Positions 18,505-28,253 of a stretch of 64,000 nt of DNA are shown one piece after another (the stretch's first letter is position 1; the number at the start of each line of letters is the position of its first letter). The position numbers and the translations under genes are program-made. Origin of the DNA: Escherichia phage FL18; sequence record PP400780, one strand, 5' to 3'. The notes under the pieces are model-generated. The model saw only the letters and a program-made list of their open reading frames with translations, was not told where the DNA came from and searched no databases.

Positions 18505-18921
18505 ATGTTTACTACTGTTAAAGGTTTCACTGCTGCTGATCTGAAAGTTACTTCTATCCGTACTGACGCTAACCCACATAACCATAATCGTGTTCGTAAA
18601 GCATGGGTCCTGCATTGTGATGAAGCAAGTGCTAAAAAACTCCAATCTTTGCCACAAGAAACTCGTTTTATGATTTATGGTTTTATTGATAACGATGTAT
18701 CTGATATGTGGATTCATCTGATGCGTAAGCACTATAAAGATTCTATCGAAGCAGGTGCTAAAATCGTTCTTGATAAAGACGGTTCTGAGCGTCTGGAAGA
18801 TTTCTACTGTGTTGATGCCGACGAACAACTAATTGCAGCTGGCGAAATTGTTGCTTCTAAAATTCCAGAATATATTGAATCACTGCCTGAAGCTATTAAA
18901 AAGCAGATGGTTGCTGCTTGA
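18505..18921 (+). CDS. hypothetical protein (138 aa); candidate RpbA-like by synteny
   Basis: sits where T4 has rpbA between 46 and 45; no sequence confirmation. Confidence 0.4.
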   Translation: MFTTVKGFTAADLKVTSIRTDANPHNHNRVRKAWVLHCDEASAKKLQSLPQETRFMIYGFIDNDVSDMWIHLMRKHYKDSIEAGAKIVLDKDGSERLEDFYCVDADEQLIAAGEIVASKIPEYIESLPEAIKKQMVAA

Positions 18922-19451
18922 TAATTATGAATTTAATATATCTTATAACCTTTTATAATCGTGAGATTAAAAATGAATACCCGTGTTATTATATAGGTTC
19001 TAAAGTTTCGTGTCATTTTAATGGAAAGGATATTATTGAAGATTCTACCGGTAAAATATATACCGGTAGTGTTAATTCCTCGTATTCTCCTTTATATAAC
19101 AGATTAATAGACCAAGGCGAATATTCTGTAAAAATTTTAGGCGAAACCACATTAGACCCTAGAAGAATAGAAAGACTATTCCAACTCAATGTTAAAGCCG
19201 TTTCAAATGAAAAATATTTTAATAAGGCTTATGCTAACGAGAAGTCTAGAATATCAGCTAAAGGATATGCACCGTATAAAAATTTAAAAACAGGCAAAAT
19301 AGTAAAACTTTCTAAAAACGAAATAAACGAAGATTACGTCGGTGTTAGAAAAAATTGCAAATTGTCGGAGAATCATTTAAACGCAATTAGAGAATTTCAA
19401 AAAAACATATTGGACCAAAGAACGAAGAGAGAAAGTTTCTATTCGTTCTAA
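18918..19451 (+). CDS. Seg-like homing endonuclease N-terminal module (paralog of 8712..9380)
   Basis: IYLITFYNREIKNEYPCYYIGSK ... KYFNKAYANEK parallels VYKLSFISRINAKTPPYYYIGSK ... EYFNLAYANG. Confidence 0.5.
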   Translation: MIIMNLIYLITFYNREIKNEYPCYYIGSKVSCHFNGKDIIEDSTGKIYTGSVNSSYSPLYNRLIDQGEYSVKILGETTLDPRRIERLFQLNVKAVSNEKYFNKAYANEKSRISAKGYAPYKNLKTGKIVKLSKNEINEDYVGVRKNCKLSENHLNAIREFQKNILDQRTKRESFYSF

Positions 19452-19455
19452 AAAA

Positions 19456-19818
19456 ATGTTTAACGATAGAGATTTTGCTTTAAAATTTAAAGATATAATG
19501 AATTCTCCTAATGTTAAAGATAAAATAAAAATATCTAAAACATTGTATTGGTCTAAACCTGAAAATAGAGCAAAGGCCTCTATCGCAGCTTCGAAAAGAA
19601 ATGCAACCAAAGAATTTAAGGATAAATTCAGAAAATCTAAAGCTAGAGGTACATGGATATTTCATGAACAAAAATTAAAGGAATTGTGGATTGCTTTAGG
19701 AAAACCAAGTTATATTACATTTAGAAAACATGCAATTCAGCATGGTTTTAATGATGAATCATACCAAGGTGCTATCCGGTCTTGGACAAATTATTATGCT
19801 AATAGGAAACCTAAATGA
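19456..19818 (+). CDS. basic DNA-binding-like protein; possible C-terminal part of split homing endonuclease
   Basis: starts 4 nt after the stop of 18918..19451 in a different frame; K/R-rich. Confidence 0.4.
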   Translation: MFNDRDFALKFKDIMNSPNVKDKIKISKTLYWSKPENRAKASIAASKRNATKEFKDKFRKSKARGTWIFHEQKLKELWIALGKPSYITFRKHAIQHGFNDESYQGAIRSWTNYYANRKPK

Positions 19819-20501
19819 AACTTAGCCGTGAAACCGTAAATATTCTGAAAAACTTCGCTTCTATTAACTCTGGCATTCTGCTGAGTCAAGGTAAATTTAT
19901 TATGACTCGTGCAGTTAATGGCACCACTTATGCGGAAGCAAATATCTCTGATGAAATTGATTTTGACGTAGCACTTTATGATTTGAATAGCTTCTTAAGC
20001 ATTTTGAGTCTAGTGTCTGATGATGCTGAAATTTCAATGCACACTGATGGCAATATTAAAATTGCAGATACACGTTCCACAGTTTATTGGCCTGCCGCTG
20101 ACAAGAGCACCATTGTTTTTCCTAATAAGCCAATTCAATTCCCAGTGGCTTCTGTGATTACTGAAATTAAAGCTGAAGACCTTCAACAATTGCTTCGAGT
20201 TTCACGTGGACTTCAGATTGATACAATTGCTATTACAAATAAAGATGGTAAAATTGTTATCAATGGCTATAATAAAGTTGAAGATTCCGGACTAACTCGT
20301 CCTAAGTATTCTTTGACTCTTACTGATTATGACGGTTCTAATAACTTTAACTTCGTAATCAATATGGCTAATATGAAAATCCAGCCAGGTAACTATAAAG
20401 TAATGTTGTGGGGAGCTGGTGATAAAGTTGCAGCTAAGTTTGAAAGCTCTCAAGTAAGTTATGTTATTGCGATGGAAGCCGATTCTACTCACGACTTCTA
20501 A
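19815..20501 (+). CDS. 45: sliding clamp gp45
   Basis: 228 aa, near-identical to recalled T4 gp45 (MKLS..T...LKNFA.INSGI ... EADSTHDF). Confidence 0.95.
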   Translation: MKLSRETVNILKNFASINSGILLSQGKFIMTRAVNGTTYAEANISDEIDFDVALYDLNSFLSILSLVSDDAEISMHTDGNIKIADTRSTVYWPAADKSTIVFPNKPIQFPVASVITEIKAEDLQQLLRVSRGLQIDTIAITNKDGKIVINGYNKVEDSGLTRPKYSLTLTDYDGSNNFNFVINMANMKIQPGNYKVMLWGAGDKVAAKFESSQVSYVIAMEADSTHDF

Positions 20502-20534
20502 GTCAAAGCTTTACGTTTATTGTGATACGATTAT

Positions 20535-20582
20535 GGAGGAGAAATCCTCCAGTTTAATGATAATGAGGAAAATTACATGATT
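20535..20582 (+). promoter_or_regulatory. intercistronic hairpin (GGAGGA-GAAA-TCCTCC) and putative RegA operator at gene 44 start
   Basis: hairpin 20535-20550; sequence AAAATTACATGATTACT around the gene 44 ATG resembles the T4 gene 44 RegA target. Confidence 0.35.
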
Positions 20583-21539
20583 ACTATCAATTCCAAAGAA
20601 CACATTCTAGAACAGAAATATCGTCCTTCTTCCATTGACGAATGTATTCTGCCTGCGTATGACCATGAAACATTCAAGTCTTTAGTATCTAAAGGAAAAC
20701 TTCCTCATATTATTTTGCACTCTCCATCTCCTGGTACCGGTAAAACAACCGTAGCAAAAGCATTATGTAATGATATCAATGCCGAAATGATGTTCGTCAA
20801 CGGTTCTGATTGTAAGATTGATTTTGTGCGTGGTCCATTAACTGCATTCGCTCGTTCAGTCTCAATGGAAGGCAAGCCTAAAGTTATTGTTATTGATGAA
20901 TTTGACCGTAGTGGCCTCGCCGAATCACAACGGCACCTTCGTACATTCATGGAAGAATTCTCTAGTAACTGTTCTATTATTATTACTGCCAACAACATCG
21001 ATGGAATTATTGAACCATTACGTAGTCGTTGTCGAGTTATCGAATTCGGACGTCCAACCGAAGAAGATAAAATCTCAATGATGAAGAAAATGATTCATCG
21101 TATGGTTGAAATCTGTAAGAACGAAAATATCGAAATCGCTGATATGAAAGTTGTTGCAGCTCTGGTTAAAAAGAACTTCCCAGACTTTCGTCGTACAATT
21201 GGTCAATTAGACCAGTACTCGTCTAAAGGTGTTCTTGATGCGGGTATTTTGTCTATCGTAACTAATGACCGTGGCACAGTCTCTGATGTTATCGAAGCAA
21301 TGAAGAACAAAGATATCAAACAGCTTCGTGCATTAGCTCCAAAATATGCCGCTGATTATTCATGGTTCATCGATAAATTAGTTTCAGAATGTTATGACCA
21401 AGTTGCGCCTGGTAAAAGTATTATTTCGCTTTACGAAATTGCAGGTGAAAATAATAAGTTTCATGGACTAGCTAGTAATATTGAATTACATGTTATGTAT
21501 ATGCTTCTTCAACTGACTTGTGAATTGACTTGGAAATAA
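20577..21539 (+). CDS. 44: clamp loader large subunit gp44 (AAA+)
   Basis: 320 aa; Walker [11 protein letters not shown]; near-identical to recalled T4 gp44. Confidence 0.95.
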   Translation: MITINSKEHILEQKYRPSSIDECILPAYDHETFKSLVSKGKLPHIILHSPSPGTGKTTVAKALCNDINAEMMFVNGSDCKIDFVRGPLTAFARSVSMEGKPKVIVIDEFDRSGLAESQRHLRTFMEEFSSNCSIIITANNIDGIIEPLRSRCRVIEFGRPTEEDKISMMKKMIHRMVEICKNENIEIADMKVVAALVKKNFPDFRRTIGQLDQYSSKGVLDAGILSIVTNDRGTVSDVIEAMKNKDIKQLRALAPKYAADYSWFIDKLVSECYDQVAPGKSIISLYEIAGENNKFHGLASNIELHVMYMLLQLTCELTWK

Positions 21540-21540
21540 T

Positions 21541-22104
21541 ATGAACTTATTTGATGATGACGTCCAGCTTAACGAGCACCAAATTGCATGGAAGTCTAAC
21601 GACGCTGATGCGATTCAAAAATGTGCTGACATGTTTAAAGAAAAACCTGAGAATGAATTCTTTAAAATCATTAATGCTATTAATGAAAAGAAATCTATGT
21701 CAATTGCTCAGGTCGACTACTCAAAATTTATGGTTGAGAACTCATTATCCCAGTTCCCAGAATGTATGCCAGCCGTTTACATGATGAACTTAGTCGGTTC
21801 TGAATTAAGTGATGAAGCGCACTTCAACTATATGATGGCGGCAATTCCACGTGGCCGACGATTCTCTAAATGGGCTAAACTAGTCGAAGACACTTCAGAG
21901 TTACTAGTTATCAAACTGTTGATGAAACATTACACAATCAACATGAATGATGCTACCGAGTATAAGCGGCTCCTTGAAAAAAATAACAAGTTGCCAATAG
22001 TCCTTAAAGAACTGAAGGCCATGGTCACTGATGAGTTTCTCAAAGAAGTTACAAAAAATGTGAAAGAACAAAAACAATTTAAAAAATTAGCATTGGAATG
22101 GTAA
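21541..22104 (+). CDS. 62: clamp loader small subunit gp62
   Basis: 187 aa, position between 44 and regA. Confidence 0.85.
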   Translation: MNLFDDDVQLNEHQIAWKSNDADAIQKCADMFKEKPENEFFKIINAINEKKSMSIAQVDYSKFMVENSLSQFPECMPAVYMMNLVGSELSDEAHFNYMMAAIPRGRRFSKWAKLVEDTSELLVIKLLMKHYTINMNDATEYKRLLEKNNKLPIVLKELKAMVTDEFLKEVTKNVKEQKQFKKLALEW

Positions 22105-22106
22105 AA

Positions 22107-22475
22107 ATGATCGAAATTAAATTGAAGAACCCCGAAGATTTTCTGAAAGTCAAAGAGACTCTGACCCGTATGGGCATCGCTAATAACAAGGATAAAGTTC
22201 TTTATCAGTCCTGTCATATCCTCCAAAAGCAAGGTAAATATTACATCGTCCACTTTAAAGAAATGCTGCGTATGGACGGACGTCAGGTTGATATTGATGG
22301 TGAAGACTATCAGCGACGTGATTCGATTGCTCAGTTGCTTGAAGACTGGGGCTTGATTGTTATTGAAGACTCTGCTCGTGAAGATCTGTTTGGCCTGACT
22401 AATAACTTCCGTGTTATCTCTTTTAAACAGAAAGATGACTGGACTTTGAAAGCAAAATATACAATTGGTAATTAA
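22107..22475 (+). CDS. regA: translational repressor RegA
   Basis: 122 aa from ATG at 22107 (MIEIKLKNPEDFLKVKETLTRMGIANNKDKVLYQSCHILQK...), matches recalled T4 RegA. Confidence 0.9.
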   Translation: MIEIKLKNPEDFLKVKETLTRMGIANNKDKVLYQSCHILQKQGKYYIVHFKEMLRMDGRQVDIDGEDYQRRDSIAQLLEDWGLIVIEDSAREDLFGLTNNFRVISFKQKDDWTLKAKYTIGN

Positions 22476-22480
22476 AGCAA

Positions 22481-22499
22481 TGGGACTTCGGTCCCATTT
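22481..22499 (+). terminator. stem-loop TGGGAC-TTCG-GTCCCA followed by TTTGG
   Basis: inverted repeat after regA stop. Confidence 0.5.
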
Positions 22500-22528
22500 G
22501 GAGTATAATAAGTTCATCAACAAACAAA

Positions 22529-22556
22529 AGACAATAACTCGTCTAAAGGAAATTAA
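22529..22556 (+). promoter_or_regulatory. putative gp43 translational operator hairpin plus SD
   Basis: AGAC-AATAACTC-GTCT hairpin (8-nt loop) followed by AAGGA SD and ATG at 22557; resembles the T4/RB69 gene 43 autoregulatory operator. Confidence 0.45.
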
Positions 22557-25268
22557 ATGAAAGAATTTTACTTAACGGTTGAACAGATTGGTGATTCAAT
22601 TTTTGAACGTTACATCGATTCTAATGGCCGTGAACGTACTCGTGAAGTAGAATATAAACCATCACTGTTTGCTCATTGTCCAGAAAGTCAGGCTACGAAA
22701 TATTTCGATATCTACGGTAAGCCGTGTACTCGTAAGTTGTTCGCTAATATGCGTGATGCCTCCCAATGGATTAAACGCATGGAAGATATCGGACTTGAAG
22801 CACTTGGCATGGACGATTTCAAATTGGCGTATTTGTCTGACACTTATAACTATGAAATCAAATACGACCATACAAAAATTCGTGTGGCTAACTTCGACAT
22901 CGAAGTAACATCTCCGGATGGGTTCCCTGAGCCATCACAAGCAAAACATCCGATTGATGCTATCACCCATTATGACTCAATTGACGACAGGTTCTACGTA
23001 TTTGATCTATTGAATTCTCCATATGGTAATGTAGAAGAATGGTCTATTGAAATCGCTGCTAAGCTTCAAGAACAAGGCGGTGATGAAGTTCCATCTGAAA
23101 TTATCGATAAAATCATTTATATGCCGTTCGATAACGAAAAAGAATTGTTGATGGAATATCTCAACTTCTGGCAACAGAAAACTCCTGTCATTTTGACTGG
23201 ATGGAACGTTGAGTCATTCGATATTCCATATGTGTATAACCGAATCAAGAATATTTTTGGCGAATCTACTGCGAAACGTTTATCACCGCATCGTAAAACT
23301 CGTGTTAAAGTTATCGAAAACATGTATGGTTCTCGTGAAATCATTACATTGTTCGGTATCTCTGTTCTTGATTACATTGACCTTTACAAAAAATTCTCTT
23401 TTACCAATCAACCGTCGTATTCTCTGGATTACATTTCAGAATTTGAATTGAACGTTGGTAAACTGAAATATGATGGCCCTATTTCTAAGCTTCGTGAAAG
23501 CAATCACCAACGATATATAAGCTATAACATCATCGACGTGTATCGTGTATTGCAAATTGATGCTAAGCGTCAGTTCATCAACTTGAGTTTGGACATGGGT
23601 TATTATGCTAAGATACAGATTCAATCTGTGTTTAGCCCAATTAAAACATGGGATGCTATTATTTTTAATAGCCTTAAAGAGCAGAACAAGGTGATTCCAC
23701 AAGGTCGTTCTCACCCGGTTCAACCTTATCCCGGCGCTTTTGTTAAGGAACCTATTCCAAATCGATACAAATATGTAATGAGTTTCGACCTTACATCTCT
23801 GTATCCAAGTATTATTCGCCAAGTGAATATTAGCCCGGAAACAATAGCAGGAACGTTTAAAGTAGCTCCATTGCATGATTATATTAACGCAATCGCTGAA
23901 CGTCCTTCAGATGTGTACAGTTGCTCTCCTAACGGCATGATGTATTATAAAGACCGTGATGGTGTAGTTCCAACTGAAATCACTAAGGTCTTTAATCAAC
24001 GTAAAGAACATAAAGGTTACATGCTTGCAGCTCAACGTAATGGTGAAATAATTAAAGAGGCATTGCATAATCCTAATCTTTCTGTTGACGAACCATTAGA
24101 TGTTGATTATCGTTTCGACTTCAGCGATGAGATTAAAGAAAAGATTAAAAAGTTGTCTGCTAAATCTCTTAATGAAATGTTGTTTAGAGCTCAACGTACT
24201 GAAGTTGCAGGTATGACTGCACAAATTAACCGTAAATTGCTTATCAACTCGCTTTATGGTGCACTTGGAAACGTTTGGTTCCGTTATTACGATTTGCGTA
24301 ATGCAACTGCAATCACAACATTCGGGCAAATGGCTTTACAGTGGATTGAACGTAAAGTTAATGAATATCTGAATGAAGTTTGTGGTACAGAAGGTGAAGC
24401 TTTCGTTCTATATGGTGATACAGACTCCATTTATGTATCTGCAGATAAAATTATTGATAAGGTTGGTGAATCTAAATTCCGTGATACCAACCATTGGGTA
24501 GACTTCTTAGATAAGTTTGCACGTGAACGTATGGAACCTGCTATTGATAGAGGTTTCCGTGAAATGTGCGAATACATGAACAATAAACAACACTTAATGT
24601 TCATGGACCGAGAAGCTATCGCTGGGCCTCCGCTTGGTTCTAAAGGTATTGGCGGATTTTGGACTGGTAAGAAACGTTATGCATTAAACGTGTGGGATAT
24701 GGAAGGTACTCGTTACGCTGAGCCTAAACTCAAAATCATGGGTCTAGAAACTCAGAAATCTTCGACCCCTAAAGCAGTACAGAAAGCTCTTAAAGAATGT
24801 ATTCGTCGTATGCTTCAAGAAGGTGAAGAATCATTACAAGAATATTTTAAAGAGTTTGAAAAAGAATTCCGTCAATTGAATTATATTAGCATCGCGTCGG
24901 TATCTTCTGCGAATAACATTGCTAAATATGACGTAGGTGGATTCCCTGGTCCTAAATGCCCGTTCCATATTCGTGGAATTCTGACATATAACCGAGCTAT
25001 CAAAGGTAATATCGATGCACCACAAGTTGTAGAAGGTGAAAAAGTATATGTTCTGCCTTTACGTGAAGGAAACCCATTCGGTGATAAATGTATCGCATGG
25101 CCTTCTGGTACTGAAATCACAGATTTAATTAAAGACGATGTACTTCATTGGATGGACTACACTGTTCTCCTTGAGAAGACATTTATTAAACCACTTGAAG
25201 GATTCACATCAGCAGCGAAACTCGATTATGAGAAGAAAGCATCTCTGTTCGATATGTTCGATTTTTGA
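22557..25268 (+). CDS. 43: DNA polymerase gp43 (family B, RB69-type)
   Basis: 903 aa; exonuclease motif FDIEV, polymerase motifs DLTSLYPSII and YGDTDS; N-terminus matches recalled RB69 gp43. Confidence 0.97.
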   Translation: MKEFYLTVEQIGDSIFERYIDSNGRERTREVEYKPSLFAHCPESQATKYFDIYGKPCTRKLFANMRDASQWIKRMEDIGLEALGMDDFKLAYLSDTYNYEIKYDHTKIRVANFDIEVTSPDGFPEPSQAKHPIDAITHYDSIDDRFYVFDLLNSPYGNVEEWSIEIAAKLQEQGGDEVPSEIIDKIIYMPFDNEKELLMEYLNFWQQKTPVILTGWNVESFDIPYVYNRIKNIFGESTAKRLSPHRKTRVKVIENMYGSREIITLFGISVLDYIDLYKKFSFTNQPSYSLDYISEFELNVGKLKYDGPISKLRESNHQRYISYNIIDVYRVLQIDAKRQFINLSLDMGYYAKIQIQSVFSPIKTWDAIIFNSLKEQNKVIPQGRSHPVQPYPGAFVKEPIPNRYKYVMSFDLTSLYPSIIRQVNISPETIAGTFKVAPLHDYINAIAERPSDVYSCSPNGMMYYKDRDGVVPTEITKVFNQRKEHKGYMLAAQRNGEIIKEALHNPNLSVDEPLDVDYRFDFSDEIKEKIKKLSAKSLNEMLFRAQRTEVAGMTAQINRKLLINSLYGALGNVWFRYYDLRNATAITTFGQMALQWIERKVNEYLNEVCGTEGEAFVLYGDTDSIYVSADKIIDKVGESKFRDTNHWVDFLDKFARERMEPAIDRGFREMCEYMNNKQHLMFMDREAIAGPPLGSKGIGGFWTGKKRYALNVWDMEGTRYAEPKLKIMGLETQKSSTPKAVQKALKECIRRMLQEGEESLQEYFKEFEKEFRQLNYISIASVSSANNIAKYDVGGFPGPKCPFHIRGILTYNRAIKGNIDAPQVVEGEKVYVLPLREGNPFGDKCIAWPSGTEITDLIKDDVLHWMDYTVLLEKTFIKPLEGFTSAAKLDYEKKASLFDMFDF

Positions 25269-25308
25269 TATAATGTCATGGACGGTAAACTAATTAAATG
25301 AGAGAAAT

Positions 25309-25944
25309 ATGAAAACTACTCCTATTACTATCGCTATTGACGCAATCATAAAACAAGCTTCTTCTTTGGCCGCTATGGCCAAAGTAATTAGTCAAAACCC
25401 TGCTCGTTATAATGCTATTCTAGAAACTCTTCGACGCCCTGGACTTAGTAATTATGAAAGCCGGGTAATTATTACAGGTGTTGGTAAGAATGCTAATATC
25501 GCAACTAAAGCTTCCGAGACATTTGCTTCACTAGGTATTCCTAGCATGTATTTGAACACTGGGCATTATTCTCACGGTGATGCAGGATTCATTGCGCCTA
25601 ATGATGTGTTGATTCATATTAGTCGTTCTGGTAAGACTGAAGAAATGATAGGTGTTGCTAAACATCTTCGTATGATTCGTCCTCAGGTTAAACAGATTCT
25701 GTTACATTGTAACCCAGACATTCCACAAGAATACGAAGCTCTTTTTGATTATACGTTCTGTACTGGCATCGCGGTAGAGGTTGATGAGAATTCTCTGGCT
25801 CCGACTATGTCCACTACATTGTTGTTAGCGCTTATCGATACGTTTGCTATCAACCTTTCGTCTGAACGTGGATTTACCTCTAATGATTTCCTTAAGTTCC
25901 ATCCAGGCGGTGCACTAGGTGCCATGTTACGAGGCGAACAATGA
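25309..25944 (+). CDS. SIS-domain sugar-phosphate isomerase (arabinose-5-phosphate isomerase KdsD/GutQ-like, no CBS domains)
   Basis: ITGVGKNANIATK ... HGDAGFIAPNDVLIHISRSGKTEE ... APTMSTTLLLALID ... FHPGGALG align with recalled KdsD SIS-domain motifs. Confidence 0.7.
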   Translation: MKTTPITIAIDAIIKQASSLAAMAKVISQNPARYNAILETLRRPGLSNYESRVIITGVGKNANIATKASETFASLGIPSMYLNTGHYSHGDAGFIAPNDVLIHISRSGKTEEMIGVAKHLRMIRPQVKQILLHCNPDIPQEYEALFDYTFCTGIAVEVDENSLAPTMSTTLLLALIDTFAINLSSERGFTSNDFLKFHPGGALGAMLRGEQ

Positions 25945-26084
25945 AAGCAATAACAATAGGACTTTTACTATTGATGCTTGTCATGACTATCTACTGGAGC
26001 TTAACGGCTCCGGTAATGATTCCAACACTTGTAATTGGATGGATTATGATTGGACTACAAGCAAAGTATGAATGCTTTAACTAG
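25941..26084 (+). CDS. small membrane protein (47 aa)
   Basis: manual translation MKAITIGLLLLMLVMTIYWSLTAPVMIPTLVIGWIMIGLQAKYECFN; ATGA overlap with SIS gene stop; below ORF-track cutoff. Confidence 0.4.
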   Translation: MKAITIGLLLLMLVMTIYWSLTAPVMIPTLVIGWIMIGLQAKYECFN

Positions 26085-26097
26085 AATAGTGTACAAT
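26070..26097 (+). promoter_or_regulatory. putative MotA-dependent middle promoter (MotA box AATGCTTTA, -10 TACAAT 12 nt downstream)
   Basis: aatgctttaactagaatagtgtacaat upstream of nucleotidyltransferase-kinase gene. Confidence 0.4.
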
Positions 26098-26125
26098 ACT
26101 CCTACTTACCAATGAGGACTTTAAC

Positions 26126-27811
26126 ATGAAAAAAGCTGTTATTCTTGGTGCTGGACTGGCAACTCGTTTGTATCCAATAACGCATCATATTCCTAAGGTG
26201 CTTGTTAACTATAAACAAGATACTATTCTGAGCAATTTGTATACAATTTATTCTGACCTTGGCGCAGATGAAATTATTGTAGTAGTTCATTCAAAATTTG
26301 CTGAAACTGTTCGAGCTTATTGTGAACAAGAAGGGTTCAATGTGACTATTCGTACAGTTGATGAAGCGTATGGTTCTGCTTATGCTCTTGCTAAATTACA
26401 CAAAGATTTAGACGGCCATAATGTAATTGTTAACTGGTGTGATATTATTCCTGATTTTGGTTCATGGTCTTGGAATGTTAACGCAATCTATGTTAAGGGT
26501 GACGAATGTCGATATAATTTCGACGGTGAAAATATCACTAACGTAGGTTCAACAGGTGGTAATGTTGTAGGAATTTATCAGTTCAAAGACTGGGAATTCT
26601 ATATGGGTTCTACTGATGAGGAAATTCATGAATACTGCAAAGGACGTGATTTCGTAGAATTCCTTTACGGCAGCGCATTCAATAAATCAGAGCTTATGAA
26701 TCTAATTGATTTAGGTGATATGCCTAAACTTGAAAAAGCTCATGAAGTTCGTGAACTTAATCGTAGTTTTAATGCAGTTGAAATTGGTGAAGAAACTGTA
26801 ACTAAATTCGCATTAACCGAACAGGGTCGAGCTCTTCAGAAAGATGAGATTTCGTGGTATCTTAAAGTGAAATCAGATTCAGTTCCTCAGTTAGTTTCTG
26901 TTAATGAAAATAACTTTGAAATGGAACGCATTAAAGGTAAGCCTGCATTTGAATATATTAAATCCAAATCAAGTCTTGCTCGTCCACAAATTGTTGATGC
27001 AATTTTAGATGCACTGAAATTCAGCACAGACACTTATTTTGTAAGTCCTGAAACTGTTCGTCGTGATTTCACTAAAGAATTCTATACGAAAGTTATTGAT
27101 CGTTGTGAAAGCATTCAACCATTGATTGATTCATTTGGTAAAATCACACATGTGAACTACACTAAGATTGGACGTCTGAAGCCAATGCTGAAACAAGCTT
27201 TAGAACACCTCATTCGTTATCATAACCGTTCTCAGGGACAGTACTCTGTTATTCACGGTGACCCGAACTTCAGTAATACTATGATTACTGATAATGGCGA
27301 AGTCAAGTTTATCGACCCTCGTGGATATTTTGGTGAAACCAAGATTTACGGGCCAAAATTGTACGATGAAGCTAAAGTGCTTTATGCTGTTTCAGGTTAT
27401 GATGAATTCAATGCTAATCCGACCTGGGGGCAGTTTACTATTGATGAAACAACTTGTAATGTGACTATTAACATCAATCCATTAGTTTACAAATATAGAA
27501 AGATGAGTTCGTTTAACGAGTATCATCATTTGGCAGTGGCAATTATCTGGATTGCATTAGGCGGTTATTTCAAGAATAATCCACTTAAAGCGGTAGCCGC
27601 ATATTATAAAGGTATGGAACTTCTGACTAAGCAATTACGTAACATGGGCCGTGTACTTCAGGACGGCTCTATTAGTTATGACGTAGCAGAACCTGTAACG
27701 GCTACTCTGATTACAAAAAATCCTGGTAAATGGGTACTAACTGATAAAGAAACTGGTGTTTCCTATCGTCCAATCGGTGGCGATATCACTCATCAATGGG
27801 AACGAATCTAA
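26126..27811 (+). CDS. bifunctional sugar-1-phosphate nucleotidyltransferase / kinase-like fusion protein
   Basis: N-terminus MKKAVILGAGLATRLYPITHHIPKVLV (sugar nucleotidyltransferase G-rich loop); C-terminal region has protein-kinase-like HGDPNFSNTMI (catalytic loop) and FIDPRGYFG (DFG-like) as in APH/choline-kinase-type small-molecule kinases. Confidence 0.65.
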   Translation: MKKAVILGAGLATRLYPITHHIPKVLVNYKQDTILSNLYTIYSDLGADEIIVVVHSKFAETVRAYCEQEGFNVTIRTVDEAYGSAYALAKLHKDLDGHNVIVNWCDIIPDFGSWSWNVNAIYVKGDECRYNFDGENITNVGSTGGNVVGIYQFKDWEFYMGSTDEEIHEYCKGRDFVEFLYGSAFNKSELMNLIDLGDMPKLEKAHEVRELNRSFNAVEIGEETVTKFALTEQGRALQKDEISWYLKVKSDSVPQLVSVNENNFEMERIKGKPAFEYIKSKSSLARPQIVDAILDALKFSTDTYFVSPETVRRDFTKEFYTKVIDRCESIQPLIDSFGKITHVNYTKIGRLKPMLKQALEHLIRYHNRSQGQYSVIHGDPNFSNTMITDNGEVKFIDPRGYFGETKIYGPKLYDEAKVLYAVSGYDEFNANPTWGQFTIDETTCNVTININPLVYKYRKMSSFNEYHHLAVAIIWIALGGYFKNNPLKAVAAYYKGMELLTKQLRNMGRVLQDGSISYDVAEPVTATLITKNPGKWVLTDKETGVSYRPIGGDITHQWERI

Positions 27812-28197
27812 TGCACCGTGTAGAAAACATGCTTAATCTTTGTTTTGATGTCGATGATTGTATAACAGAGTGGAATAACAATCGTGATTACGTGAACTTC
27901 AAACCTGACGTCGAAATGGTGTCTGCCATTAATGCCCTGTATGATGCAGGGCATACCATAACGCTTTACACTGCTCGCGGTATGAAGTCAGTAGGTCCTG
28001 GACGTATAGCAATTGACATTCTCCCAAGTCTGATTCAGAACTTGGAAAACATTGGTTTGAAGTACCATAATTTGCTAACACATAAACCAGTATATGATTG
28101 GATTATCGACGACAAAGCTATGCGTCCTGACGAATTCAAAGCTCTTATGAATAAAGGCGAATTCGAAACATTTAAATCGTATAAACCGAATCTATAA
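27811..28197 (+). CDS. HAD-superfamily phosphatase-like protein (start uncertain: 27796, 27811 or 27829)
   Basis: N-terminal LCFDVDDCIT (motif I-like DxD), TITLYTARG (motif II-like), WIIDDK (motif IV-like). Confidence 0.5.
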   Translation: MHRVENMLNLCFDVDDCITEWNNNRDYVNFKPDVEMVSAINALYDAGHTITLYTARGMKSVGPGRIAIDILPSLIQNLENIGLKYHNLLTHKPVYDWIIDDKAMRPDEFKALMNKGEFETFKSYKPNL

Positions 28198-28253
28198 TAA
28201 TTTAAGTAAGACCTGCAAAAACCATCGCGTCAATTAACGTGAGATGCAAAAAA

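Noticed and set aside
21930-22523. 197-aa minus-strand ORF spanning gene 62/regA
   Set aside because: Antisense to two conserved genes and to the regA terminator; no start context; low-complexity translation.
23436-23876. 146-aa minus-strand ORF inside DNA polymerase gene 43 (and others at 22662-22871, 23117-23344, 24096-24329, 24834-25120)
   Set aside because: All lie antisense within gp43; spurious.
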